Part shown: piece by piece, positions 1 through 9,988 of the stretch
Layout of the letters: the number at the start of each line of letters is the position of its first letter
Position numbering within the stretch: position 1 is the stretch's first letter
IMG/VR virus record: IMGVR_UViG_3300029305_002985
Location: 4,092 to 68,091 of that record
Origin: a virus
DNA length: 64,000 nucleotides
Strand: one strand, 5' to 3'
Notes under the pieces: model-generated
Database searches by the model: none
Seen by the model: the letters and a program-made list of their open reading frames with translations, nothing else
What the model was told of the DNA's origin: nothing
Program-made: the position numbers and the translations under genes

Positions 1-103
1 AGCGCCATTGCGCCAAAAGAAAGACCCTCTTCATTCATCAACTCTACCAACTCGCTAGATTTAGCAAAGTTTTCTGCTTGCTGAAGGTCTTTCTTATCAA
101 TCT
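1..103 (-). CDS. hypothetical protein (partial, continues beyond window start)
   Basis: ATGATG start at 98-103 preceded by GGAGG RBS; reads MMFEIDKKDLQQAENFAKSSELVELMNEEGLSFGAMA off the window edge. Confidence 0.4.
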
Positions 104-202
104 CAAACATCATATCTAATTCCTCCTTTTCTGGATAATCACACCTTTTCAACCACTTAAGGCAGACCAGTGCTCATATCATCTTTTTTATTTCATAATA
201 AC

Positions 203-231
203 ATTATAACATAAATTAAAATAAAAGTCAA
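203..231 (-). promoter_or_regulatory. sigma70-like promoter (TTGACT-17-TATAAT on minus strand), just after terminator hairpin
   Basis: reverse complement reads TTGACT/17 bp/TATAAT. Confidence 0.6.
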
Positions 232-251
232 GCGCGGCGTTTAAGCCGCGC
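232..251 (-). terminator. GC-rich hairpin terminator (gcgcggc-gtttaa-gccgcgc)
   Basis: perfect 7-bp GC stem followed on minus strand by T-rich tract. Confidence 0.55.
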
Positions 252-255
252 CTAG

Positions 256-525
256 TTAAAAGGCAAAGTAGCCAGTCTCAGGCAGACTAAAGCAGCCTGG
301 TCCAGGATCTACTTCATGCTTCTCGTTTGTGATAATAGGCACTTCCGCCAACTGGATGCGCTCAGCAATCGTTTGTACTGACTCTTTGACATCATAATAT
401 TCATCGCCATCGCAATCAGTAGTGATTACTCTTGTGTGATCATGCACTCTATAAATGGCGCTGACATGATCAAGGTTAAAAAGGACTGGGTCATTACCAC
501 TGTCTGTCAATTCAATGAAACTCAT
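256..525 (-). CDS. hypothetical protein
   Basis: 89-aa ORF, co-oriented, tightly packed. Confidence 0.5.
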   Translation of the reverse strand: MSFIELTDSGNDPVLFNLDHVSAIYRVHDHTRVITTDCDGDEYYDVKESVQTIAERIQLAEVPIITNEKHEVDPGPGCFSLPETGYFAF

Positions 526-1031
526 TTATTATTCCTCGCTTTCAAATAATCTTCACGCATAATCTCGTAGCGTTTTACATCATAAAGTTTATTATCTTGA
601 AGTCTCGTTTCTTCTTTCTCTATGCAAAGAATGCGGCCGCCATATCTTCTGCAGAGATTGTCATAGGTTTTCTCAACAGGATTACCAATGACAACACCAA
701 AATCTAATTTGTGTAAATTAAACTTAGTAAACATATCATCGACAGCATGCAATACATCTCGCCCAAATTCAGGAGAGCCAGGCAAGAAACTTAAAATACC
801 AAGACTTTGCGCCTTCGGCACTGAGCGGACTACATAATAGGTAATCAAACCCAAGATTTTCCCGTTCTTATCAATAGAAACAAACTCATGCCAATTATTA
901 GTCTTATCTTGAATATCAATATCGCCCCACGTGGTATTATAATTATAATACTTGTAATAATCATCAAACCATAACTGACGATAAATTTTCTCTATTTCTT
1001 CTTTATATAAAATAGCAGGTTTTAACATCAT
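522..1031 (-). CDS. hypothetical protein
   Basis: 169-aa ORF overlapping neighbours by 4 nt. Confidence 0.55.
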   Translation of the reverse strand: MMLKPAILYKEEIEKIYRQLWFDDYYKYYNYNTTWGDIDIQDKTNNWHEFVSIDKNGKILGLITYYVVRSVPKAQSLGILSFLPGSPEFGRDVLHAVDDMFTKFNLHKLDFGVVIGNPVEKTYDNLCRRYGGRILCIEKEETRLQDNKLYDVKRYEIMREDYLKARNNK

Positions 1032-1032
1032 A

Positions 1033-2208
1033 TCACTTCCTTATAATCACACATTTTTCCGCGGCGCGAGTTACTGCTGTATACAGCCAACGCTTGTGCT
1101 CTTCTGCGCTAAACGGGAATCTTTCTTCTCTTACTAAGACCTTGTCCCACTGAGAACCTTGAGATTTATGGCAAGTGATGGCATAGCCATAAGTGAACTC
1201 AAAAGGCACAAGATTATGAGTGCGGGGATTCTTGCTAAGGGCATACTTTGTTTTCCAATCAAGGCCAGGCGCGCCAGTCATGATAAGTTTAGTATCCATA
1301 GCTAGCTCGGGGAACATAGCGCCGGTATCAGAAGTAAACTCTGCTACCGTAATATCAAACTGACCGCCGCCGTTGATATAATAAGGATATTTGACAAATG
1401 AAGTGTAAACCTTATCAATATATCCGATAGTACCATTCACAAGCGGATCTCCATTATTTGCAATAGTATCCCAGTAGTTGCGGAGACAGATAACCTTATC
1501 GCCTTCACGCGGATTGCCTTCATGCCCCATCAGCTCGCGCATCTGATTATTGATGTTGACTCTTGTTTCATTGGTAGCACAGATGATTTGATCTGCCCAC
1601 TGCATCATGCCCGTATTCAAATCCTTGGGATCAAAAATCTTTACATCATTACCATTGAAAAGCTCAAGCGGCTTTCCCTCACGGATTGCCATGCTAAGTC
1701 TAATGATTTCAGACTCTTGCGCCTGCCGCATAATTTCATCAAGAAAGACATGGGGTTTATCCAACAGGTGGTTATCATCTTTTGGATCGATAGGTGGTAA
1801 CTGACCGGGATCTCCGAGGAAGATTACATATACAGAATACTTTAACAGTTGCTTTACGAGATCAATGGGTGCCATAGAGCACTCATCAACAATGACAATA
1901 TCATATGGGATCATCTCAACCGGCTTGCGGAAGAAAGTTCCATCAGGGCGTGGAAAGTGCTCAAAAAGCAGTTTGTGGAGAGTCGATACATTCTTATTTC
2001 CTTTTGAAAGAAGAACCTGCGCGGCCTTGCCGGTAAAGGTGGCATAACAGACAGCATCTTCATCTACGCCTAGAGACGAGACGATAAAGCGGACAAGCGT
2101 GCTCTTACCAGATCCCGCATAGCCGCTGATTACTGTATATTTTTCATTATTATGATAACGCTCAACGGCGACTTTTAATCCTTGCTCTTGTTTATTTGTT
2201 AGTATCAT
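1033..2208 (-). CDS. dda: SF1 DNA helicase, Dda/RecD-like
   Basis: Walker A GYAGSGKST, DE box IVIVDECSM, C-terminal ...CHKSQGSQWD...TAVTRA motifs typical of Dda/RecD family. Confidence 0.85.
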   Translation of the reverse strand: MILTNKQEQGLKVAVERYHNNEKYTVISGYAGSGKSTLVRFIVSSLGVDEDAVCYATFTGKAAQVLLSKGNKNVSTLHKLLFEHFPRPDGTFFRKPVEMIPYDIVIVDECSMAPIDLVKQLLKYSVYVIFLGDPGQLPPIDPKDDNHLLDKPHVFLDEIMRQAQESEIIRLSMAIREGKPLELFNGNDVKIFDPKDLNTGMMQWADQIICATNETRVNINNQMRELMGHEGNPREGDKVICLRNYWDTIANNGDPLVNGTIGYIDKVYTSFVKYPYYINGGGQFDITVAEFTSDTGAMFPELAMDTKLIMTGAPGLDWKTKYALSKNPRTHNLVPFEFTYGYAITCHKSQGSQWDKVLVREERFPFSAEEHKRWLYTAVTRAAEKCVIIRK

Positions 2209-2513
2209 CTTCCATACTCCCTTTCAAGTGTAAATGCCGTGTCTCGCAAGTGCTCAACAACTCTTTGAATTTGATCCTGTAATTCTTCAATAGTGTCTTG
2301 TGCTTCTATATTTCCATCGTGATAGCCATCATGAAACGCATTTAATGCGGTGGTTTCTTCTTGTTCTTCTATTGTTTGAATAAGATCTAATACTTTCATT
2401 TCAAGCATTCTGCGCTCTACGGGCAAATTCATTCTATCATACATTTCAAGTTGAGGCTCTACGAGTTCCCAAATTAATTCTTTTGTAGCATCAGTCATAG
2501 TCTTTCCTCTCAT
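2205..2513 (-). CDS. hypothetical protein
   Basis: 102-aa acidic ORF. Confidence 0.5.
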   Translation of the reverse strand: MRGKTMTDATKELIWELVEPQLEMYDRMNLPVERRMLEMKVLDLIQTIEEQEETTALNAFHDGYHDGNIEAQDTIEELQDQIQRVVEHLRDTAFTLEREYGR

Positions 2514-2533
2514 TTCTCTTAATTTCTATATAA

Positions 2534-2562
2534 ATTATAACAAATTTTTTATGAAAAATCAA
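2534..2562 (-). promoter_or_regulatory. conserved phage promoter module (-35 TTGATT / 17 / -10 TATAAT on minus strand)
   Basis: plus strand attata-17nt-aatcaa; copy of ~40-bp repeated motif. Confidence 0.6.
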
Positions 2563-2642
2563 TAAAAGAGGTTTCAGGTGAAAAAAATCTAAAACCTCTT
2601 TTTGATTCGGGATTACGGTCGTAGTCTACCCAAGCACTAGCT

Positions 2643-2912
2643 TTAAATGAAGAATACTCCTTCACTATCTTTTAAAGTACAGCATGGCTTTATAACACCA
2701 TCAATCCAATCCCTATACGAGATTGTGTTTAATTGTTTATCAAGATAAATAGTGTGCCATCGTTGCCCAATTTTAGGTTGACATAAATATTCTTTATTAC
2801 CTTTGATAATAGTGATATTAAACTCTGGAGTCTTAATGGTAGTTGAAGAATTTTCAGCCTCGTCTAATAAGATATATAATATTTTTTTCATATTAATTCT
2901 CCTTAAAAGCAA
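2643..2912 (-). CDS. hypothetical protein
   Basis: 89-aa ORF. Confidence 0.45.
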   Translation of the reverse strand: MLLRRINMKKILYILLDEAENSSTTIKTPEFNITIIKGNKEYLCQPKIGQRWHTIYLDKQLNTISYRDWIDGVIKPCCTLKDSEGVFFI

Positions 2913-4708
2913 TATTTACTTTCGCCCACTATCTCATAATCTTCAATAAACACCTGCGGCGTCACCCATCCATTCCACTCATTAGCGTTGCACTTACCAA
3001 CGATGTTGAGTTCGACATATCCGCTGGTGTTAGAAAGTGTATCGCAGAGATCATCTGGAGCGTCGAATAGCATAAGGGATACCCTGGACGGGAGGGTAAT
3101 CTTGAGGGTGTTGTTTTTCTTAACATAGACATTAACCATGTCTTTTGATACTCTAATAGATTCCACTGCGACAAGAGCTTCATCAATATCCTTACCTTCC
3201 AAATCGGCCAATCGGGCAATGTCAAGGATTTGTTCTCCATCTACGCTCACTCCTTTATAAATATAATCTACATAATATACAGGCTCTTCTGACATATCGC
3301 GCAAAGCGAGGTCTGTGGCGGCAATGAACTTGTCAATATTGTACTCTCTGATACCAATGCCGAAAGCGCCTTGGTGTCCAGCTACAAATGTTGTAAGCTC
3401 AGTCGCTTCACATAAATCTTTAAATTCGGTGACACCTGCAAGATCGCATCCGCGCGCACTTCCTTGATATACTATATTATTAAATTGTATTAATGGGTTG
3501 CCTTTACCATCAAAAGCAGTCATTGGGATTTCAGTTTTAGTGAGAATACAACAAGGTCTTTGATACTTAGCCATAAATTTATTCGCAACAAGGCCCGCTA
3601 CATTCTTATCAACCTCACCAGGCTCAAGCAAGAATAACAAGACTTTATGATCAAGCAAGTTTTGCTCTTCAATCATAGATTCAAGCTTCTTAAGTGTAGC
3701 ATCTTGAACCTTGGTCTGGCGCGCTTTTACATTAGCGGCAACGCGCACTGCTTGCGTTACTAAAGATTCTGTCTCTCCTGCTTTATGCCCGCGCTTTGTA
3801 GAAGGGATGATATTATGAGCCTTGAATTTTAAGAAAGATTTAAACATAAGTTCTTTTTCATCAGCCTCGCCACTACGCACCATTGCATTAACAAAAGGCG
3901 CGATATAGAAGGCGGCGCCCATAGGGGTGATTTTATCACCGAGTGAAAAAGCATTGCGCTCAGCCATTGAGTAGATGAAGGGATTATGGATGTTTTCCTC
4001 TTGAAAACCCTTCATAATTAAATGCTTTGTTTCAAGAGAACGCATCGACATCATATCTGCGGTATTGCCTAAAGCTACTAGGTCTAGGTAATTATTCGCA
4101 TAGTTAGCGCCAAGCAGATGATCCAGGTATCGACAGAATTGCCAAGTAATACCTGCGCCACTAAATGACTTATTCGGATAATCACAGAGTTGATTGTTGA
4201 TGATAATTGCGTTAGGTGAAATAATCTCTGCTTCGTGGTGGTCAAGCACCAACACATTGACGCCTTTTTCGATAAACTTCAAGTGATATTCATAGTCATT
4301 TGAAGATGCGTCAGGACAGATGATTAATGAGTATTTTGCGGCGGTTGAGTCTACATCAACATCGCTCAAGCCGTGTTGTTTGCCGCTATGGATGAACCAA
4401 TCTAGGTTATTCTGAACCCACGCGGGGAATAGATCGTAGAGATAATTGATTAAGAGTGCGGCAGAGGTAAACCCATCGCAGTCACAATCAACGATTACAA
4501 GCGCGCGTTGGTTAGCATTCATAGCGCCAACCAAAACTCGTGCTGCTTTTAAGAGGCGGTCGCCGCCAAGTTTCATAAAGTCATTTATATCAGCATCTGT
4601 TGTATTGAGCCAGTGCTGGATTTCAGATCTAGCTATTCCGCGGTTTGTTAGCACTTGCTCTAGTGCGGAATAGCTAGGGTTAATTGGATTTATTAATTTA
4701 TATTTCAT
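2903..4708 (-). CDS. recJ: DHH-family phosphoesterase, RecJ-like ssDNA exonuclease
   Basis: DHH motifs VIVDCDCDGFTSAA, LDHHEAE, and DHHA1-like C-terminal region. Confidence 0.8.
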   Translation of the reverse strand: MKYKLINPINPSYSALEQVLTNRGIARSEIQHWLNTTDADINDFMKLGGDRLLKAARVLVGAMNANQRALVIVDCDCDGFTSAALLINYLYDLFPAWVQNNLDWFIHSGKQHGLSDVDVDSTAAKYSLIICPDASSNDYEYHLKFIEKGVNVLVLDHHEAEIISPNAIIINNQLCDYPNKSFSGAGITWQFCRYLDHLLGANYANNYLDLVALGNTADMMSMRSLETKHLIMKGFQEENIHNPFIYSMAERNAFSLGDKITPMGAAFYIAPFVNAMVRSGEADEKELMFKSFLKFKAHNIIPSTKRGHKAGETESLVTQAVRVAANVKARQTKVQDATLKKLESMIEEQNLLDHKVLLFLLEPGEVDKNVAGLVANKFMAKYQRPCCILTKTEIPMTAFDGKGNPLIQFNNIVYQGSARGCDLAGVTEFKDLCEATELTTFVAGHQGAFGIGIREYNIDKFIAATDLALRDMSEEPVYYVDYIYKGVSVDGEQILDIARLADLEGKDIDEALVAVESIRVSKDMVNVYVKKNNTLKITLPSRVSLMLFDAPDDLCDTLSNTSGYVELNIVGKCNANEWNGWVTPQVFIEDYEIVGESKYCF

Positions 4709-4994
4709 AGTAGAAATCCTCTGCTTTTACAATTTTAGTTTGTTTAACATAAATATCACACCCATACTCACTTTTACCCAGTGTTTTATATTCAATAGCC
4801 CAACAGCCATCGTTTATAGGGGTACATTTAATAAGTTTTTTGCACTTAGGGGGCATTGTAATACCACATGCGCTTTTAACATAGAGAGGCCGTGTTTTCC
4901 AATAGACCGCTCTTACGATACCCCAAATACGATACAAAAAAATAATACTGGGAATTAAAAGTATAATAAGACAAACCCACAAAAATATTATCAT
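4698..4994 (-). CDS. hypothetical membrane protein
   Basis: 98-aa ORF with N-terminal hydrophobic helix. Confidence 0.4.
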   Translation of the reverse strand: MIIFLWVCLIILLIPSIIFLYRIWGIVRAVYWKTRPLYVKSACGITMPPKCKKLIKCTPINDGCWAIEYKTLGKSEYGCDIYVKQTKIVKAEDFYYEI

Positions 4995-6103
4995 AATCTC
5001 ACTCTCTCCTTAAATAATTTCATAAATGTCTCCTTCCCGCAGTCAATGGGAGAATCTTTATATCCTAACAGGTCACCGCGTTTATCAAACATAAACGATA
5101 CCCTGCATAACTTTCCATACTTATCATGAAGCTGAGTTAGCTTCTTTGTCCACTGTTTAAACTCTGCATCGCCAATCTCTTTAAACTGCTTATCAAAAGC
5201 AATCACAATCTCGCGCGCACCATATTTCAAAAGCAAATCTACTTGATGCTGAATAAGGTTGCTTCCGCAGGTTGCAACAGAACAGTCTGAGTCCATTCCA
5301 AAAAGTGATGCATAGTGCAGACACGACTTCTCGCCTTCGAATACAATGGCGACGCCCATATTTCTTATTACTTCTTTTGCATTATTAAGATTATATAATG
5401 CGAAACCAAGAGGATGATTATACATCGTGCCATTAAGCACAGCGGGTCTGTATTTACCATAAGCCTCTTCTTCTTTAATCAGCGTGCGAGCGCGGATCCC
5501 AATGAGGCGGCCAAGGTCATCATAATGCGGAATAATGATGCCCTGCCCTACCGGATCATAGCAAATACCTCGTGCGTTCATTACCTCTTGATCAATTCCT
5601 TCACGAATCCACGGTTCAATGCGCGGACGAGGTAAAAACCGCAAAATATTTTCATTAATTTCTTTGAACTCGACAACTTTTTTATTAACGATGAGTTCGC
5701 TATTTTGTTTATAATTTCTAAGAATTTCCCAATCACGGAGTTTTTCTTGAACGTTATCAAAATTTTCTTCATCATTTGCCTCAATGCCGAAATAAGTTGC
5801 GACAATCTTCATCGCGCGAACCAAGGTTATTTCTTCTCCTGTCTGAGCCAATGCTTTACGAACTAGCTCAAAGATGTCAAAACTATCGCCGCACTGTGTA
5901 TAGCATCTGAAAAGATGCGTATTGCCATAGTAATAAAGTTTATGCGAACCCTCTCCCGCAGGATTGTGGCAGATTGTGCGCGACACAAAACACTCGCCTT
6001 GTGTCGCATCATAGCGCGGATCGCCGCCAAGTTCTGCCACGAAGTCATAGACTTGTTGAAGAGTGAGAGAGTTTTTTATTTCGTCTTTATCATACTTCTT
6101 CAT
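4991..6103 (-). CDS. dnaG: DnaG-type DNA primase (CHC2 zinc finger + TOPRIM)
   Basis: CHNP...HKLYYY...FRCYTQCG zinc-binding motif; TOPRIM-like IVFEGEKSC. Confidence 0.8.
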   Translation of the reverse strand: MKKYDKDEIKNSLTLQQVYDFVAELGGDPRYDATQGECFVSRTICHNPAGEGSHKLYYYGNTHLFRCYTQCGDSFDIFELVRKALAQTGEEITLVRAMKIVATYFGIEANDEENFDNVQEKLRDWEILRNYKQNSELIVNKKVVEFKEINENILRFLPRPRIEPWIREGIDQEVMNARGICYDPVGQGIIIPHYDDLGRLIGIRARTLIKEEEAYGKYRPAVLNGTMYNHPLGFALYNLNNAKEVIRNMGVAIVFEGEKSCLHYASLFGMDSDCSVATCGSNLIQHQVDLLLKYGAREIVIAFDKQFKEIGDAEFKQWTKKLTQLHDKYGKLCRVSFMFDKRGDLLGYKDSPIDCGKETFMKLFKERVRL

Positions 6104-6633
6104 TGATTAGCTCCTGTACTCTTGATTGAATAACACTCTCTTGTTTCTTCATCAATATCTGGTTTTCTATGAGCGCAACCACAATTAGACCGATGATAAT
6201 CACACCACATACACATTCCTAGATGACCTTTCAATCTATTGATTGTCATTGTCCATTCAGGAATTTTGCCTATTCCGTCAAGAGACATAGGATCATCGAT
6301 CACGGGAAGCTCTGCTCGCTTGCCGCGCTTAGGTTTTTCTTCTGTTGGTTTAAGCTCAATATAACTACCATTTTTAAAACGAATAACAGTTCTATCTGCG
6401 GTTTCGTTGTGTGTTACATACACTGGCTTTTCATCATATTCAAGATCAGACTTCAGTTGCGCGGGAGCTTCGGTTTTTTCACACTCGCAATAATCCTTGC
6501 ATTGACCATGCATATCAAGATCAACTACATATTGATCACAGATGCCCTTATAATTATAAAGGCAAGTTGTTGCATTACATTTCACTATTGTATTCTTTTG
6601 ATCCATTAAAACCCCTCCTGAAAACCTGACCAA
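6100..6633 (-). CDS. cysteine-rich hypothetical protein
   Basis: 177 aa with many CxxC pairs. Confidence 0.5.
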   Translation of the reverse strand: MVRFSGGVLMDQKNTIVKCNATTCLYNYKGICDQYVVDLDMHGQCKDYCECEKTEAPAQLKSDLEYDEKPVYVTHNETADRTVIRFKNGSYIELKPTEEKPKRGKRAELPVIDDPMSLDGIGKIPEWTMTINRLKGHLGMCMWCDYHRSNCGCAHRKPDIDEETRECYSIKSTGANQ

Positions 6634-6794
6634 TCTGTTGCATCTATTTCTTCTCTATAAATTATTCTTAAAATATCTTCTCGTAGTTGATTACAGTCAC
6701 CAAAATATGGGCAAGAGTTACAATTGCGTATTGCTTGGATGCAACATCTTACTCCTTCTTTTATTTTATTACGATGCCATTCTGAACAATTCAT
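6606..6794 (-). CDS. small cysteine-rich protein
   Basis: 62-aa ORF, CxxC motifs. Confidence 0.4.
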   Translation of the reverse strand: MNCSEWHRNKIKEGVRCCIQAIRNCNSCPYFGDCNQLREDILRIIYREEIDATDWSGFQEGF

Positions 6795-6806
6795 TCTTTC
6801 TCCTCC

Positions 6807-8348
6807 TTAAAACGCACTTAAATCTACACTTCTCTTTACATTAATCTTAAAGTCTTCCATCTCAATTAATTCGTAATCATACTTTGTTACAAACAGCGGA
6901 TCAAATCTACATATGCCGCGCTTTGCATCCATCCATACCAACACGCCCTTCCAGCGGCCGCGACGGTTCTTATAGATACTCATTTTTACATTAGGCATAG
7001 CACAACCCAGTCTCTTAATAACGGGCTGCAATGCCTCTCTATCTTTATCCGTGATTTCAAGCATGATCATACCAGCGTCAATCTTGTCTGCAATTGCTTT
7101 TGCGCCACGAAGCAAGTTTTGGTCATAAACCTCTGCTTCACGATAATCGCCATTTAACTGAGTAGCCGACATAATAAACACACCATACTGATTACAAATA
7201 TCCTTAAGTCGAACAGAAATCATAAATAAGATATTGTCCTCACGGAGTTTTACGCCACCAGAGCGGCGAGTGATTTCCTCAAGGATTTTCATTGAGGTAT
7301 GAATATAGTCATGGAATACATACTTAATATCATTATCGCGGATATTCTTCTTAATAACATTTTCAATATCTTGAAGCGAGAAATCAGGCAATGCTTCAAA
7401 ATACACTTTACCTTGCTTAAGCAAATCAACTGCATGCATCGCGCGCTCCCATTCGCCTTCCTCATACATACCGGTCAATAGATGCTCTTCATCAACGCCG
7501 GATAAGAAAGCAATCATCATGGTTTGAACCTCGCTAAGATCCTGCTCTGTTGCGATATACAAAGTTGCTTGCGGCTCACCAATGTTAATCCACTCTTTTT
7601 TCTCGGCGTCATACATAGAACCACATCCAATATAGCACGCGTCTCCGATCATAGAACGAGATTTACCAACACCAGTTGCCGCACTGCGCAAGTAGAACTT
7701 TTTCAATCTTGCGCCACGCAGAATAGTATTCATATACTTACCATAAAGCGGATAACCTAGCTCAGGCGCTTGCTTCAGGGTTTCAAGCAGCAATTCGACA
7801 CCGGATCCCGCCTGAACTGCCTCATATTCACAATTGTCAACATAGGTTAATTTAATATCAGAAATCTTCTTGTCGATCATATCAGCGATTTCAACAAGAG
7901 TCATATTATCCAATCTATCCTCTTGATACTGCTTTTTCTTGGTATCAAGAATATTATCAACATCATACAACCAAGAGAGATCCATACCACACTTTTCGTT
8001 ATACATACGAAGTAAGGTCATTTTCTTCATGCGGTCATAGTAATATTGAAATGCTGTTTGCTGTGTGCTTTCTTTAAGCATAGCAAGATATTCTGCGCCC
8101 TTGTTAACCTTAAAGTTAGCTTGTCTCTTAGGACGCTGCGCAAGATAGTCTTCAATAGCATTAAGAGTAATCTCTTTTGCACCAAGTGCATGAAGATTAT
8201 AAATCGCGCCAAACAGAGTTAAGTGAAACTCTTCAACAAAATCTTCTTCGTGGAAGTGGAAATTTTCATTATCCAATAGAGATGGATCATTATAGATACC
8301 ACCAATTACCTGCACTGTTGCAGGAATATCTACATACTTGCTACTCAT
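6807..8348 (-). CDS. dnaB: DnaB-like replicative DNA helicase
   Basis: RecA-like C-terminal domain with Walker A ATGVGKS and DnaB-type N-terminal domain. Confidence 0.85.
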   Translation of the reverse strand: MSSKYVDIPATVQVIGGIYNDPSLLDNENFHFHEEDFVEEFHLTLFGAIYNLHALGAKEITLNAIEDYLAQRPKRQANFKVNKGAEYLAMLKESTQQTAFQYYYDRMKKMTLLRMYNEKCGMDLSWLYDVDNILDTKKKQYQEDRLDNMTLVEIADMIDKKISDIKLTYVDNCEYEAVQAGSGVELLLETLKQAPELGYPLYGKYMNTILRGARLKKFYLRSAATGVGKSRSMIGDACYIGCGSMYDAEKKEWINIGEPQATLYIATEQDLSEVQTMMIAFLSGVDEEHLLTGMYEEGEWERAMHAVDLLKQGKVYFEALPDFSLQDIENVIKKNIRDNDIKYVFHDYIHTSMKILEEITRRSGGVKLREDNILFMISVRLKDICNQYGVFIMSATQLNGDYREAEVYDQNLLRGAKAIADKIDAGMIMLEITDKDREALQPVIKRLGCAMPNVKMSIYKNRRGRWKGVLVWMDAKRGICRFDPLFVTKYDYELIEMEDFKINVKRSVDLSAF

Positions 8349-8869
8349 ACTTCTTCATCCTCTTCCTCATAATCTAAATTAAATAAACGCGGCGGGCGTC
8401 GTTCAATCCGCGGAGGCTCGATTATAAATTCTCTTACCCGTGCCACACACTGCGACACATCTTTATCTTCATTACTGATCGCCGCCACATACAGTGCATA
8501 ATAATATGCGCACGCTTGATCATAAACATATGGAATGATACCAATGCCGCCATTTGCTTTCTCAATATCATTTCCTTTTAACTCAAACCACCAGCGCAAT
8601 GTTTTACACATTCCGCTATAACTATATCCATAGGTGTCTCGATACTCTTTAATCTGTTTCCAAACTCTTGGATTAGGAGTCGAGCCAAATAGATGTTTTA
8701 TATATTCAACGAGTTCTTCATAATCTCGCTCTTCTTGTGTTTTATTAGCTTGATGCTTTTCATGGCACTCTGTATGCGCATAACGATTAGTGCGCGGCTT
8801 TACAAATGGTTCTACATTTGCATCGAACGACACGCCACAATATAAGCATTTAACTATCTTCTTTGCCAT
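8345..8869 (-). CDS. hypothetical zinc-finger protein
   Basis: 174 aa; CLYCG...HTECH motif. Confidence 0.5.
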   Translation of the reverse strand: MAKKIVKCLYCGVSFDANVEPFVKPRTNRYAHTECHEKHQANKTQEERDYEELVEYIKHLFGSTPNPRVWKQIKEYRDTYGYSYSGMCKTLRWWFELKGNDIEKANGGIGIIPYVYDQACAYYYALYVAAISNEDKDVSQCVARVREFIIEPPRIERRPPRLFNLDYEEEDEEV

Positions 8870-8899
8870 TTTCTCTCTCCTTTACAGTCTTATATAAAT

Positions 8900-8928
8900 A
8901 TTATAACATATTTTTTATAAAAAATCAA
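8900..8928 (-). promoter_or_regulatory. conserved phage promoter module
   Basis: attata-17nt-aatcaa (minus: TTGATT/17/TATAAT). Confidence 0.65.
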
Positions 8929-8961
8929 CAAGGCGCTATTACGCGCCTTGTTGACATATGA

Positions 8962-9972
8962 TCATGATGGCATGATATCTCTGAGTTCTGTGACGATAAG
9001 GTCAAGTGCTTCAACCTGTTCTCTGGAGCATTGAGAAACTTTCACACCGCGGCCCAGATATTTTTCAATGATCTGAGTAATACGGGGTTGCCAGCTTGCC
9101 GCAAATACTTCTTCATCAACGGCATTGACGATATGAGAGAGAATTTCATTGAATTGAGCCATAAGAGCATCAAAATCAAGTTCGATGGTAGTCATATCGA
9201 CATATAGATTATTGCGCTCTTCTGTGAAATACTGAGTACCCTCTTCAGCGGCTTGCTTATCAATTGCCTCGCAGATTGCATTTACAAGGTTCTGATAAGA
9301 GAAGACGATAGAGTCGGGAGTGTGCTTGAAGCGGCTGCCCGCTACGAAGCGAGGGGTTCCGCGCATAAAGAGTCTGACCTCATTGCCGCCATCAGGCAGG
9401 TCGATACATCTGGAATAACCAATGATGTCCGCCATACGGGAGACAATATTACGCGGCTTGCTATCAAGAGTAGGAACGATTTGGTTATACTCTTGACCAT
9501 TTTGGTCTTTAAAGGTCTTATCAACTGCGTGAGAAATAATTACTAGACCATAGTTGAGCTGAAGGATCATACGAAGAGCTTCATCGAACTCTTTTGCGGC
9601 GAGCTTATAGCCCTTGCCGTATGCAATATCCCCGATTGTATCAACGCTATTGTTAGAGCAGATATAGCGTTCACAGTAGTCGTATGCGATATCTGCGGTG
9701 TCGATGATGATAGTTTCGAAACGCTCTTTAACCTTGGGATCCTTGAGCTGACGAAGGAACTTGCGGAATTCGCCCCATGAGTTAATGGGTTGCGCCATCG
9801 CGCCGGGAATGGTATTATAACCTTTCTCAAATGCGGCGATCAGGTGCTTAGGGAATTTTGTAGCAGTAGTGGTTTTACCAGACTTAGGTTCACCATAAAA
9901 GAACACTGCATACCCCCTCAGGTCACGAGAGACCTGATGGGGTTGAATATCAAGAAGATTAAAATCAGCCAT
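8962..9972 (-). CDS. AAA_24/Sak4-like recombination-replication ATPase
   Basis: Walker A GEPKSGKTT, Walker B IIIDTAD. Confidence 0.7.
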   Translation of the reverse strand: MADFNLLDIQPHQVSRDLRGYAVFFYGEPKSGKTTTATKFPKHLIAAFEKGYNTIPGAMAQPINSWGEFRKFLRQLKDPKVKERFETIIIDTADIAYDYCERYICSNNSVDTIGDIAYGKGYKLAAKEFDEALRMILQLNYGLVIISHAVDKTFKDQNGQEYNQIVPTLDSKPRNIVSRMADIIGYSRCIDLPDGGNEVRLFMRGTPRFVAGSRFKHTPDSIVFSYQNLVNAICEAIDKQAAEEGTQYFTEERNNLYVDMTTIELDFDALMAQFNEILSHIVNAVDEEVFAASWQPRITQIIEKYLGRGVKVSQCSREQVEALDLIVTELRDIMPS

Positions 9973-9988
9973 TGATTAAAACCTCCGA